Source: Nitrospirota bacterium (GTDB lineage Bacteria; Nitrospirota; Thermodesulfovibrionia; Thermodesulfovibrionales; Dissulfurispiraceae). From it: DNA of 64,000 nucleotides. The notes below the pieces were generated by a model. That model was not told the DNA's origin. It saw only the letters and a list, made by a program, of their open reading frames with translations, and made no database searches. The stretch spans positions 15,870-79,869 of the forward strand of contig JBFLWF010000012.1 in assembly GCA_040758355.1 (NCBI GenBank). Reading direction: 5' to 3'. Below, in pieces: positions 49,257-58,475 of this stretch; the stretch's first letter is position 1, and each line of letters begins with the position of its first letter. A program made the translations under genes and the position numbers.

Positions 49257-50639
49257 TTAGTCTTCTGAATCTATGGCAGAAACAGGAAAGCCGTGCTCTT
49301 TGAGTTTTCTCCAGAGCGTCTCCCTGCTGATTCCAAGCTTCTTTGCAGCTTCCTTCTTTTTGCCGCTGGTCTCTTCGAGGATATGGGCTATTATCTCCCT
49401 CTCGAAGGCCTTTACCCTTTCTGTTAATGGAAGGTCTTTACAGGGTAAGATTGCAATACCTTGATTTATTTCATTCCCCCTGATTTCCACAGGCAGACAG
49501 CATGGCTCTATCATATTGCCTCTACAAAACGTTACGGCCATCTCGATGGCATGTTTTAGTTCTCTTACATTTCCAGGATAATCATATGCCATTAGTCTCT
49601 CCATAGCAGAAGGAGAGACAGTAAGGCTGTCCTTTCCTGTTTCTTTACCGAATGTTTTTACAAAATGCTCCACAAGCAAGGGAACGTCTTCTTTTCTTTC
49701 TCGTAAAGGCGGCAAGGTAATTGGTAAAACATTTATCCTGTAATAAAGGTCTTCTCTGAATTTATCCGCTTTTACCTCTTCCTTCAAATTCTTCCGCGTT
49801 GCATATATAATTCTCACATTTACGCTCAGTGACTCATTTCCACCGAGGCGCTCAAAGGTATGATTTTCAAGCACCCTCAAAAGTTTTGCCTGTAAAGAAA
49901 TCGGCATATCCCCTATTTCGTCAAGAAAGATTGTGCCTCCATCAGCTGCTTCAAACTTGCCCTTTCTCCTCTGAATAGCGCCTGTGAATGCCCCTTTCTC
50001 ATGTCCGAACAACTCCGATTCGAGGAGCGTCTCCGGGATGGCTGCACAGTTGATTTTGACAAAAGGCTTATCCTTCCTCGCACTCAGATTGTGAATGGCA
50101 TTTGCCACCAGTTCCTTTCCTGTTCCGCTTTCGCCGTAAATCATTACAGAAGAATCCGTCTTTGCAATAACATCTATCTTTTCAAATAGCTCCTGCATAA
50201 CAGGGCTGATTCCGATAATGCGTTCGAATTGTTTTTTCTCCCTGACCTCCTCCTTTAGCCTTATATTTTCGAGTTCAAGCCCCCTGTGCTTTATAAACCT
50301 GTCTAAAACAATAAGCAGCTCGGCAGGATCAAAGGGTTTTGAGATATAGTCATACGCGCCTTCCCGCATCGCCTCAACCGCTGTCTTAACATCCGCAAAA
50401 GCAGTGATTACTATAACCCCTGTATCTTGAGCAATATTTTTTACAGCCTTTAACACCTCGATGCCATCGGCGCCAGGAAGCCTGAGGTCTGTTACAACAA
50501 CATCAAAGCTCTCCTTTTCAAAGAGCCTCATCCCCTCCATGCCGTTTTCTGCGCTCACGACCTTATATCCTGCACCTTCAAGGGTACAGGAGATTCCAAG
50601 CCTTACAGAAAGCTCATCCTCTATTACAAGTATCTTCAT
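49257..50639 (-). CDS. Sigma54-dependent response regulator (NtrC/AtoC family)
   Basis: Receiver; [29 protein letters not shown]; Fis HTH. Confidence 0.96.
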   Translation of the reverse strand: MKILVIEDELSVRLGISCTLEGAGYKVVSAENGMEGMRLFEKESFDVVVTDLRLPGADGIEVLKAVKNIAQDTGVIVITAFADVKTAVEAMREGAYDYISKPFDPAELLIVLDRFIKHRGLELENIRLKEEVREKKQFERIIGISPVMQELFEKIDVIAKTDSSVMIYGESGTGKELVANAIHNLSARKDKPFVKINCAAIPETLLESELFGHEKGAFTGAIQRRKGKFEAADGGTIFLDEIGDMPISLQAKLLRVLENHTFERLGGNESLSVNVRIIYATRKNLKEEVKADKFREDLYYRINVLPITLPPLRERKEDVPLLVEHFVKTFGKETGKDSLTVSPSAMERLMAYDYPGNVRELKHAIEMAVTFCRGNMIEPCCLPVEIRGNEINQGIAILPCKDLPLTERVKAFEREIIAHILEETSGKKKEAAKKLGISRETLWRKLKEHGFPVSAIDSED

Positions 50640-50706
50640 TGCCCTTGCCTCTGAAAATCTTCGATCCTTGAGGCTTTCTTTTATCAATTTTTGTGCCACT
50701 AAATTT

Positions 50707-52197
50707 TCATGCCCCCATTGGCAATTTTATTTTGAATATCGTTCCAACACCAATAGTGCTCTCTACTTCTATTATACCGCCATGTTGCTCCACTATCCCT
50801 TTGCTCACAGAGAGCCCCAGTCCTGTGCCTTCTCCAACACCTTTTGTCGTAAAAAACGGGTCGAATATATTGGGCATTATTTCAGATGGAATTCCACAAC
50901 CGGTATCTTTAATAGAAACCACACAGAATCCGTTGTCCACTTCCGTTTTAATCGTTAATGTCCCGCTGCCGTTCATAGACTGCAGGGCGTTTATAATAAT
51001 ATTCATAAAGACCTGCGACATTTTGTTTTCGTCGATCATTACATCAGGGATACTGTCTGACAGGTCGTTAACGACTTTGATGTTCTTTTTTGAGGCCGGG
51101 TAACTGAGCAGGACAAGCAGGCGATTTATAAGATTATTCAGATTTACAGGAGCCTTCTCTGTAACCGTCATCCTCGAGAAATCTAAAAGCTGTTCTACGA
51201 TGTTCTTTATTTTCTGGAGGCTATCATTGATTGCCTGAACGAGCTTTTCCTTCGTTAAGTTATCCACATTGGCTTCCATTAGATTTTTAAAACACAGCGT
51301 AATACCGCTCAATGGATTGTTTATCTCGTGCGCAACACCCGAGGCAAGTCGTCCAATGGATACCATCTTCTCTGTCTGGCCGAGCACCTCTACAGTCTTC
51401 TTTCGTTCTCTCTCGGCCTCCCTGAGCCTCTGCATCATCCAGAGAAAGCTCTTCTGAAGCTCGCCAAGTTCATCACGTCTGTCTTCAAACGCTGGAAACT
51501 GCTGTTCGAGATCTCCATGCGTCTTTATGCCATCCATTATCTTTGAAAGCCTTATTACCGGCTTTGAAAGCACTTTTGCTCCAATGCTTATAATCGCAAG
51601 AGAAATTACGGAAAAGAACAGCACAAGCCGTATTATCTCTTTCTTCAGATTGGCTATGGATTCCTGAACCTCCTTTGTGGAGATCCCGATCCTCAAAGCA
51701 CCCCAATTTTTCGTGCTGATATTAAGAGGGGTTGATATATTAATCACGGGGTCGTCTTTAAAACTTGATGCGGTAATAGATGTTTTGAGCGTTGAAAGGG
51801 CATTCAGAGTGTACTTGTCCTGGCAGAACAGTCCAAATTCGGCTATGTTGCTGTGGGCAAGAATATTTCCGCTGTTGTCGATAACAGCTACATACTTTAT
51901 CCTTTTGTCGCGCTCCATTAAATTCATTATGTAATAGTCGAGAAAGTCAACAACATCCTGTTGATCCATCATGCCCAATTCCTTATAAACCATGACATTC
52001 GTCAACATGAGCCTGCTTATTTCGGCAAATGCCTTTCCCTGGTTGATAATGTCCTGCCTGTATAATCTCTCTTCCCTTGAGATGATGGCGAAGCTTCCCG
52101 TTAAGGTGAAAACAAAGATACAGAACGAAGCAACAAGGATGAATTTCCCCTGAAGGCTAAACATCCATACCTTTATTTTTTGAAATATTGTCTTCAC
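50707..52197 (-). CDS. Sensor histidine kinase (HAMP)
   Basis: AHEINNP, N box, FDPFFTTK, GTGLGL. Confidence 0.95.
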   Translation of the reverse strand: MKTIFQKIKVWMFSLQGKFILVASFCIFVFTLTGSFAIISREERLYRQDIINQGKAFAEISRLMLTNVMVYKELGMMDQQDVVDFLDYYIMNLMERDKRIKYVAVIDNSGNILAHSNIAEFGLFCQDKYTLNALSTLKTSITASSFKDDPVINISTPLNISTKNWGALRIGISTKEVQESIANLKKEIIRLVLFFSVISLAIISIGAKVLSKPVIRLSKIMDGIKTHGDLEQQFPAFEDRRDELGELQKSFLWMMQRLREAERERKKTVEVLGQTEKMVSIGRLASGVAHEINNPLSGITLCFKNLMEANVDNLTKEKLVQAINDSLQKIKNIVEQLLDFSRMTVTEKAPVNLNNLINRLLVLLSYPASKKNIKVVNDLSDSIPDVMIDENKMSQVFMNIIINALQSMNGSGTLTIKTEVDNGFCVVSIKDTGCGIPSEIMPNIFDPFFTTKGVGEGTGLGLSVSKGIVEQHGGIIEVESTIGVGTIFKIKLPMGA

Positions 52198-53066
52198 GGT
52201 ATTTTTACGCCTTCTTTATCCAGATATTCCATCATCTTGCGTACAGGCTGGTAATCGGAATCTGCTGCCTCTGCAAATCCATATCTGAATTCTTCATCCC
52301 ACTGCTCCATTATCTTGCGGTGTTCTGGATTGTTATAGTCCAGAGAAAGGAGCGCCCTTTTTATAGCATCAACGAGTTTATATGATGCATCTGCCCGCAC
52401 CACTATAGGCAGCCCGGGTATTGGATCAGAAAAAGCTATGGTCTTCAGTCCCCTGTTCTTAAACCTGTTGGCAACAGAGTCTATGACAACGCCTACGTCA
52501 AAATTCCCCCTCAAAACTTCTCTCGCAACAGAATCGTGGTATCTGAAGTTTGCCCGCCGCGAAAGGTCTCCAAGCCTTATATGCGCATTGGAATACAGAT
52601 AATAAAGGGGTGTGAGGTACCCGGATGTCGATAATTTAGATGCAAAGGCAACAGACCTGCCTTTGAGATCGGAAAGATTGTTTATCCTTGTATTGTCAGA
52701 CCTTGCTATAAAAACGCTTCTGTAATACGGCTTGCCGTCATGCCCTAATGGCTTGAGTATCGGGACTAACTGGCACTGCTGTTTTGCTTCGAGGTATGTA
52801 ACGCCGCCGAGCAATGCAACCTGAACAGTGCCGTCCCTAAGAAAACTTATAATATCCCTGTAGTCCTGACTGAGCTTTAGTTCAAACCTGTATGGCGTAT
52901 TCTTGGTGAGGTAGTCCATCAGAGGCTGGTATTTCTGGTACATCACAATAGGATGATAAAGGGTTATGGCGCTGAAATAAACGGTCTCGGCAGGTTCGGC
53001 AATGGATATAGAAGGAATGGAAAGCAGTATAAGCAGAATAAACAGAATGATACGACTAAAACTCAT
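52194..53066 (-). CDS. PhnD-family periplasmic oxyanion-binding protein
   Basis: YQPLMDYL, DLKG, STSGYL, HDSV; coupled to the HK. Confidence 0.85.
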   Translation of the reverse strand: MSFSRIILFILLILLSIPSISIAEPAETVYFSAITLYHPIVMYQKYQPLMDYLTKNTPYRFELKLSQDYRDIISFLRDGTVQVALLGGVTYLEAKQQCQLVPILKPLGHDGKPYYRSVFIARSDNTRINNLSDLKGRSVAFASKLSTSGYLTPLYYLYSNAHIRLGDLSRRANFRYHDSVAREVLRGNFDVGVVIDSVANRFKNRGLKTIAFSDPIPGLPIVVRADASYKLVDAIKRALLSLDYNNPEHRKIMEQWDEEFRYGFAEAADSDYQPVRKMMEYLDKEGVKIP

Positions 53067-54294
53067 ATCTTAATTGTAAATAAATATTGTCATTTTTATC
53101 CAGTTGCCCGAACTGGCTCCATCTCTCTCCTTCGCCAAAGATGTTCCCTCCTACTGCTGCCCATATGTGGTCGGAGAAGTTATATTTGATCTCCGGATTC
53201 AGCATGTAATCTCCGTCTGACGGACTGTAAAAAGAGAAGAAGCTGAGCCTTAAATTCTGGTGCATTAAAAATTGTGTAAGTCTTACAGTTGCAAGCTGAT
53301 AAAATCTTTTGTCTATAGGAAGTCCGGCAGGCTGATTTTTCTTATATTCTGAATAGTCATGCATGTATTCTCCATAATATTGAAGTCCTATTGTGAAATC
53401 CTCCCATATCTGTTTTTGATAGCCAATAAGAAGCCGTGTCTGAGAATTTGGTATCGTGTAATCTTTTCCGCTTCTGTCCTGCCTTGAGTCATAATAGCCT
53501 GCCTCAAGGCTCAAGACTCCATCCAGAGCCCTTCCCTGAAGGCTCGCACCGTAAACGGATAATTCAGGGTAATGGAAGGTAATTTTAGTTGTGTTATTAA
53601 GGTCATCGGGTATCATATATGGCTTGCGGAAATAGCCCCTGTAGAAATACACCGATGCATCAAAACCTGCTATGTCTCTGTAAACCCTCAAGGCTAATTC
53701 GGTATTTTCAAAGGTTGTGGCAGGGTCTTTTTCTTCTCTATTCGTGACATTCGGCATGGGGTCGAACATGTAAAACCTCTTTGAGTCTGAATAATTGTTT
53801 GGCTCAAAGATTGGTATTGCAATGAATTCAAAGGATGCAAAATCCGGATAGGCGCCAATCTTTATACCGTCAATACCTTTCTTTAAATACTCCAATGGCC
53901 TTCCCGAGAAGAATGCCTCGTAGTCCTTTGGAAATACATCGTTTATAAAAAGAAGGTCTCCAAGCCCCCATGTGATTACCTGCCTGCCTATCCTTAGATC
54001 CCAATTTTTAGCTGTGTAATCTATATAGCCCTCCCTCAGTTCTAAATCTCCTTTTTCATCGATGTGATCAAAGTATGCATCTGTCTTTATAAACAGCCTG
54101 AATGGCTCTTTTGCTCCATCGAGCTTTAATTGAAATCTCTCCTCTGCCCATTTGAAATCTCCGCCATCAGGATTTGTTCTTGTGCTGAAGGAATAATTCC
54201 CCTGCATAAACCCATGCAGGCTGACATCACCTGCATGGGCATGAACTGATACGAGAAGTGTCATGAAAAGCATGAACAGAATGGATCTTTTCAT
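53056..54294 (-). CDS. Outer-membrane beta-barrel (DUF1302-like)
   Basis: Signal peptide, LREGY, GRQVITWG, C-terminal LRYEF. Confidence 0.75.
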   Translation of the reverse strand: MKRSILFMLFMTLLVSVHAHAGDVSLHGFMQGNYSFSTRTNPDGGDFKWAEERFQLKLDGAKEPFRLFIKTDAYFDHIDEKGDLELREGYIDYTAKNWDLRIGRQVITWGLGDLLFINDVFPKDYEAFFSGRPLEYLKKGIDGIKIGAYPDFASFEFIAIPIFEPNNYSDSKRFYMFDPMPNVTNREEKDPATTFENTELALRVYRDIAGFDASVYFYRGYFRKPYMIPDDLNNTTKITFHYPELSVYGASLQGRALDGVLSLEAGYYDSRQDRSGKDYTIPNSQTRLLIGYQKQIWEDFTIGLQYYGEYMHDYSEYKKNQPAGLPIDKRFYQLATVRLTQFLMHQNLRLSFFSFYSPSDGDYMLNPEIKYNFSDHIWAAVGGNIFGEGERWSQFGQLDKNDNIYLQLRYEF

Positions 54295-54713
54295 GCCTGT
54301 TCCTCAAAGTAACGATAAAAACCGGGATAGACCTTTGGTTCCATATAGGCATCCATTACTGAAAATCTATCTACTACTCCCACAAGCTTCTTATCCCTTA
54401 CTATGGGAATAACTGTAAAATTGTTTTCGAGCATTATTTCTATGAGCCTCTCCGCGGGAGTTTCCATATCAGCAGTCATTGGCTCTTTTGACATGATCCT
54501 CTTTGCAGTAAACTCATCCAGCTTAATACCTTCTCTTAAGGCTCCGAGGAGGTCAAATTCTGTTACGATGCCTATGACCTCCATATCCTCATTTATTACT
54601 GGAAGCCCCGGCAGACCGGTTGACATAAACCTATAAGCAATCTCTCTTCCTGTTGCATCCGGCCTTACTGCAACCCTCCTGTGCATAAGCATTATGTGTT
54701 TTGCACTTATCAT
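54291..54713 (-). CDS. CBS-domain protein
   Basis: LPVI..GIVTEFD; IMS..P; IPIV..LVGVV. Confidence 0.88.
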   Translation of the reverse strand: MISAKHIMLMHRRVAVRPDATGREIAYRFMSTGLPGLPVINEDMEVIGIVTEFDLLGALREGIKLDEFTAKRIMSKEPMTADMETPAERLIEIMLENNFTVIPIVRDKKLVGVVDRFSVMDAYMEPKVYPGFYRYFEEQA

Positions 54714-54751
54714 TTTGCCCCTCCTTTTGTCTCCACAGCGGGAAACAATTT

Positions 54752-55402
54752 TTAAAGTTTTCTGGCCAGGGTACACACAAACCCTGCGCCTTCCACTAAT
54801 TGGTGGTGTGCTGTCTCTTTATAAGGCATCTCTGATGGCTGCTGACAGAGTGTTGATGAATATGCCTCAACTGCCATCCCTGTTTTTTCCACCATTTTCA
54901 CCACTTCATCAGTGCTGTAAAACCGTGCATGTTTGTATATGGGATGTCCTTCACCCTTCTTTTTCATATAAAGCTCACCCCATGGGCTTTCTCTATTTAT
55001 TATCCCTACAATCAATCCTCCATCTTTCTTCAGCACCCTTTTTGCCTCTGACAATACCCTCTCAGGATTTTCCACAAAGCAGAGTGTAAAAAGTACGAAC
55101 ACACCGCCGAATGATTCATCATTAAAAGGCAGATTTTCTCCGCTTGCCTCTTTTACATTTATGCCTCGTCTTTCTGCTATTTCCAATACACGAGAAGAGG
55201 GGCCTATGCCAAAATCTATTTCCAATTCCTTTGCAAATCTTCCTGTTCCAACTCCAATCTCAAGAAAGGGTTTTTCAATGCCTTTCATTAAAAGTCTCAC
55301 CGCCTCAACTTCCATTTCAAAAAGCACCCTTCCTTCTGGAGTGTCAAACCATCTGTCATAATCTTCTGCGTATTGGTCAAAGACTTCAGCCACCGAGATC
55401 AT
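54752..55402 (-). CDS. Class I SAM-dependent methyltransferase
   Basis: LEIGVGTG, ENLPF..ESF, RVLK..G. Confidence 0.85.
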   Translation of the reverse strand: MISVAEVFDQYAEDYDRWFDTPEGRVLFEMEVEAVRLLMKGIEKPFLEIGVGTGRFAKELEIDFGIGPSSRVLEIAERRGINVKEASGENLPFNDESFGGVFVLFTLCFVENPERVLSEAKRVLKKDGGLIVGIINRESPWGELYMKKKGEGHPIYKHARFYSTDEVVKMVEKTGMAVEAYSSTLCQQPSEMPYKETAHHQLVEGAGFVCTLARKL

Positions 55403-56187
55403 TCAATCCATTTCTTTGGAGGCTGTTTCAGAAACCTCTCTGAAAACAGGCTGTCATCAATACCGATGTTGTAATCCGATTTTATGTACGCAACTTCTGT
55501 CCTGTGTCCGCTCTGGAGGTTTTTCATTGTCCTTTTTGTGACTGTTGGGAATCCTTTTATATTTTTTACTTCATCTGCTGTAAATACCTTATAAAACTCG
55601 CCTTTTCTGTCATAGTATTCTTCCTTTAAAGGCAGGTAATTAGCCTTATCAACCCATGAGAGTTTGTAGCTGTAATCCACATCTGCTGCCTTTGGAGTGC
55701 TTTTTATTACATAGCAGTCCTTTCCGCCAAGTTTTTCTTCTTTCGCAATTGTGTGTGTATCGTCTTCGATATCCCTTCCGGAGATGTCTTCATATGTAAA
55801 GTCGGAGCCGACAAAGCTTGAGCGTTTGTCCTGCGCAGCAATCCTCCTCACCATGTTTATTGCAGGAACAAAGAGCCACCTGTCATCATCCCTTGCAGGA
55901 TATTTATAGACCATGAATGTCATATCCTTTACATCAGCGGGCTGAAAAAAATACATGAAGAACTTCTGGTCACCGCCAACATCGCCATAATTCTTTCTCA
56001 GCATCGTAAGCTCCCTTATTCTCTCCGCTCCGCCTTTGCTTATAAGCTTCATCATCACTCTTGCCTTGAAGTCTTTTCCCTGATAGAGAAATGCGGCCTG
56101 TGATTTCTTCATAACCTCATCTGCTGTAAGGGCAAAAGCATTTAAAGGTATAAACAACAGCATCAACATCAAAACGTACCTTGCCAT
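55399..56187 (-). CDS. Outer-membrane lipoprotein-sorting (LolA-like) protein
   Basis: QPADVK, DDRWLFVPA, SFVGSDFTYED; accompanies MMPL. Confidence 0.85.
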   Translation of the reverse strand: MARYVLMLMLLFIPLNAFALTADEVMKKSQAAFLYQGKDFKARVMMKLISKGGAERIRELTMLRKNYGDVGGDQKFFMYFFQPADVKDMTFMVYKYPARDDDRWLFVPAINMVRRIAAQDKRSSFVGSDFTYEDISGRDIEDDTHTIAKEEKLGGKDCYVIKSTPKAADVDYSYKLSWVDKANYLPLKEEYYDRKGEFYKVFTADEVKNIKGFPTVTKRTMKNLQSGHRTEVAYIKSDYNIGIDDSLFSERFLKQPPKKWIE

Positions 56188-56204
56188 ATTCTGATTCCTC
56201 CTAT

Positions 56205-56618
56205 TTAACATCCCATCCTCCTGAATGCCTTTATCCTCTTAATTATATTTTCAAGATTAACGTTTAATTTCTCTGATATCTTGTCGCACTCCATCCCTGA
56301 CTTTCTCATATTTATTATTTCATCATTGGTTTTTTCGACAACTCTCATACAGGCTACTATTGCAAGCGCTTCACCCGGCGTAAACTCTTTAACCAGCCTT
56401 TTAATTGTATCTGGTGGAACAGCATGTCCATAGTTGTCTATGAGTTTTTCTTCAAAATCCCTGAGCTGGTCTGGAGTAGATCTTTTTTCTGTCACGTCCT
56501 TCATTAATTTGTTCAACTCATCCATCTCGCTGTTAGCGATAGCAATTACCGGAAGAAAAAACATTAGTAACATCCCTATTGCCAACGCTTTTACTAAATT
56601 TTGTCTGCTTAACCTCAT
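56205..56618 (-). CDS. Exported helical protein ending ...FRRMGC
   Basis: Signal peptide; paralog of 58067-58474. Confidence 0.75.
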   Translation of the reverse strand: MRLSRQNLVKALAIGMLLMFFLPVIAIANSEMDELNKLMKDVTEKRSTPDQLRDFEEKLIDNYGHAVPPDTIKRLVKEFTPGEALAIVACMRVVEKTNDEIINMRKSGMECDKISEKLNVNLENIIKRIKAFRRMGC

Positions 56619-58024
56619 CTTAACCCTCCTTCGCTGTTTTCTGCATGAAGTCCTTTTAAAAAGACTTCATCCGTAGATTTTGTAATATATTCCTTTTTGG
56701 ATACCTTTGCTATGCCGGATCCCTTCTTTATTGTCCAGACGAAGAGAAAAATCAACAGAGCAGTGTAAGCAAGAGCAAAGCCGTATTGCGCGTACTCGTT
56801 GTCAGGAAGAAGTTCAAGCATATTTTTTGCCTCCATGAAGCCGCGGGAAAAGAAGACATCGTCTATCTGGTCTTTAAAAAGCGAATACGGGAGGTAGCCG
56901 AGCATAAAGCCGGGCAGGGCGGTAAGACCTGTCATATATGCCATGCCGAGCCTTGAATATGTCCTAATCTCGCAGCCGAGCATCATAACACTGCCGATTC
57001 CCAGCATGGGACCGCCTACGAGATGTCCGAGATGAAAACCGTATTTGTATTTTCCGGCCTCTACAACTACCGGCACGTCCCATCCGAGGACAATCCATGT
57101 AAAAACTATTGTCAGGTTAAACATAAGTATTGCAACGAGAAGCCCGGCAAAGGGCATCAGTCCTGTAAACATTGTCTGGGTTATCTTTGCTACCTTCATA
57201 GCCTCAAAATGTTTTGGCTTAAAAAGGAGGGACTTTGGTGACATTACAGCACATTCCGTCCCAAATCCTGATTTGGCTATGCCGATGCCGACGAGTAGGC
57301 CGACCAATGTTTTAAGTCCGAGTTCAAACAGCGAAATGCTGCCGATACTGTTAGCCGAATTGCCCTTCAGTGCTGTCCATCCCGCGGAAACAAGGAGCAG
57401 GAGGAAAAAGGCCGTGAATATCAGGCGGACCGGGTCTCTATACGGCTTGTAATCAGGATCATAACTCAATGTTTCGGTCTGATACTCCAGTTCAACGCAT
57501 TTCTGCACCGTTGACTTGACCTCGTGGTGTTTCATGAAACCGCCGGCATTTAATCTTGCCATAAGCAAAAATGCAAGATATGCAAACGGGATGCTCACGA
57601 TAGCCACAACAATGGATGTCAGGCTCATGGCAGGAATGCCTCCGAGGTAATGCCATGCCGTGCACCCCTGTGCAAGTCTGGTTCCGAAACCGAAGATAAC
57701 AGCGCCTATAAAAGAAAGCACCAACACGCGAGGCGGGTATTTGACCCATGTCTTTCGCTCGCGTTCAAGCAGCGTTACAAGGCATCCTCCAAATATAATA
57801 CCGATCAGTATCCAGTGAATATCCGCGCTGTATGTCCGTGTAATAAAATCGGTCCCGCTTATGTTTTCCTCAAGCGTGCCGAACATCTTTGCAAGTCCTG
57901 TTGTTATGGGTATCGGTGTTTCATATTTCAGGAAATACAATACTTCTGCAAGTCCAACAAGAAATCCTCCCCACACAAACGACCATGGTTTTGTAAAAAT
58001 ATATCTCAATTTGTAGCCTCCCAA
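56615..58024 (-). CDS. YeeE/YedE-family sulfur/selenium transporter (two-domain)
   Basis: GFGTRLAQGC, GFGTEC, GIGSVMMLGC; polytopic. Confidence 0.8.
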   Translation of the reverse strand: MGGYKLRYIFTKPWSFVWGGFLVGLAEVLYFLKYETPIPITTGLAKMFGTLEENISGTDFITRTYSADIHWILIGIIFGGCLVTLLERERKTWVKYPPRVLVLSFIGAVIFGFGTRLAQGCTAWHYLGGIPAMSLTSIVVAIVSIPFAYLAFLLMARLNAGGFMKHHEVKSTVQKCVELEYQTETLSYDPDYKPYRDPVRLIFTAFFLLLLVSAGWTALKGNSANSIGSISLFELGLKTLVGLLVGIGIAKSGFGTECAVMSPKSLLFKPKHFEAMKVAKITQTMFTGLMPFAGLLVAILMFNLTIVFTWIVLGWDVPVVVEAGKYKYGFHLGHLVGGPMLGIGSVMMLGCEIRTYSRLGMAYMTGLTALPGFMLGYLPYSLFKDQIDDVFFSRGFMEAKNMLELLPDNEYAQYGFALAYTALLIFLFVWTIKKGSGIAKVSKKEYITKSTDEVFLKGLHAENSEGGLR

Positions 58025-58066
58025 ATTCCCTTGAACTTTTTATTCAGGGACACGCCCTGATTTTAA

Positions 58067-58474
58067 TTACTCTCAGCCTATTCCACTGCGGAAGCTAATC
58101 ACATCCTTGATTACATCTTTAAGCTTTATACCCAACTGACTTGCTATATCCTCCCATCTCTTGCCTGATTTCCTCATGTTGGCAATATCCCTGTAAGGCT
58201 TTTTCGATAGATTGGACATGATGATTATCGTAACCGTGTCTCCTGGCGGAAATTCTTTAATCAGGGTCTCGATCACATCCGGTTTCTGAACCCCCGAAAA
58301 ATAGTCCTTAGCCTTTTTCTCAAATGTCTTGAGGTTCTTTGACTGGTTTTTATTAATCATATTTATCAGCTTTTCCAGTCTCTCGGTCTCTGACAACCTA
58401 CCGGCAAAGGAAGTCAAAGGAAATAAAAAGGTGAATATGAGTAATAAAACCAAAACCTTCCTGACTCTTTCCAT
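58067..58474 (-). CDS. Exported helical protein, candidate selenoprotein ending ...FRSGIG-U-E
   Basis: GGC TGA GAG TAA; paralog has GC at this position; downstream hairpin. Confidence 0.7.
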
Positions 58475-58475
58475 A

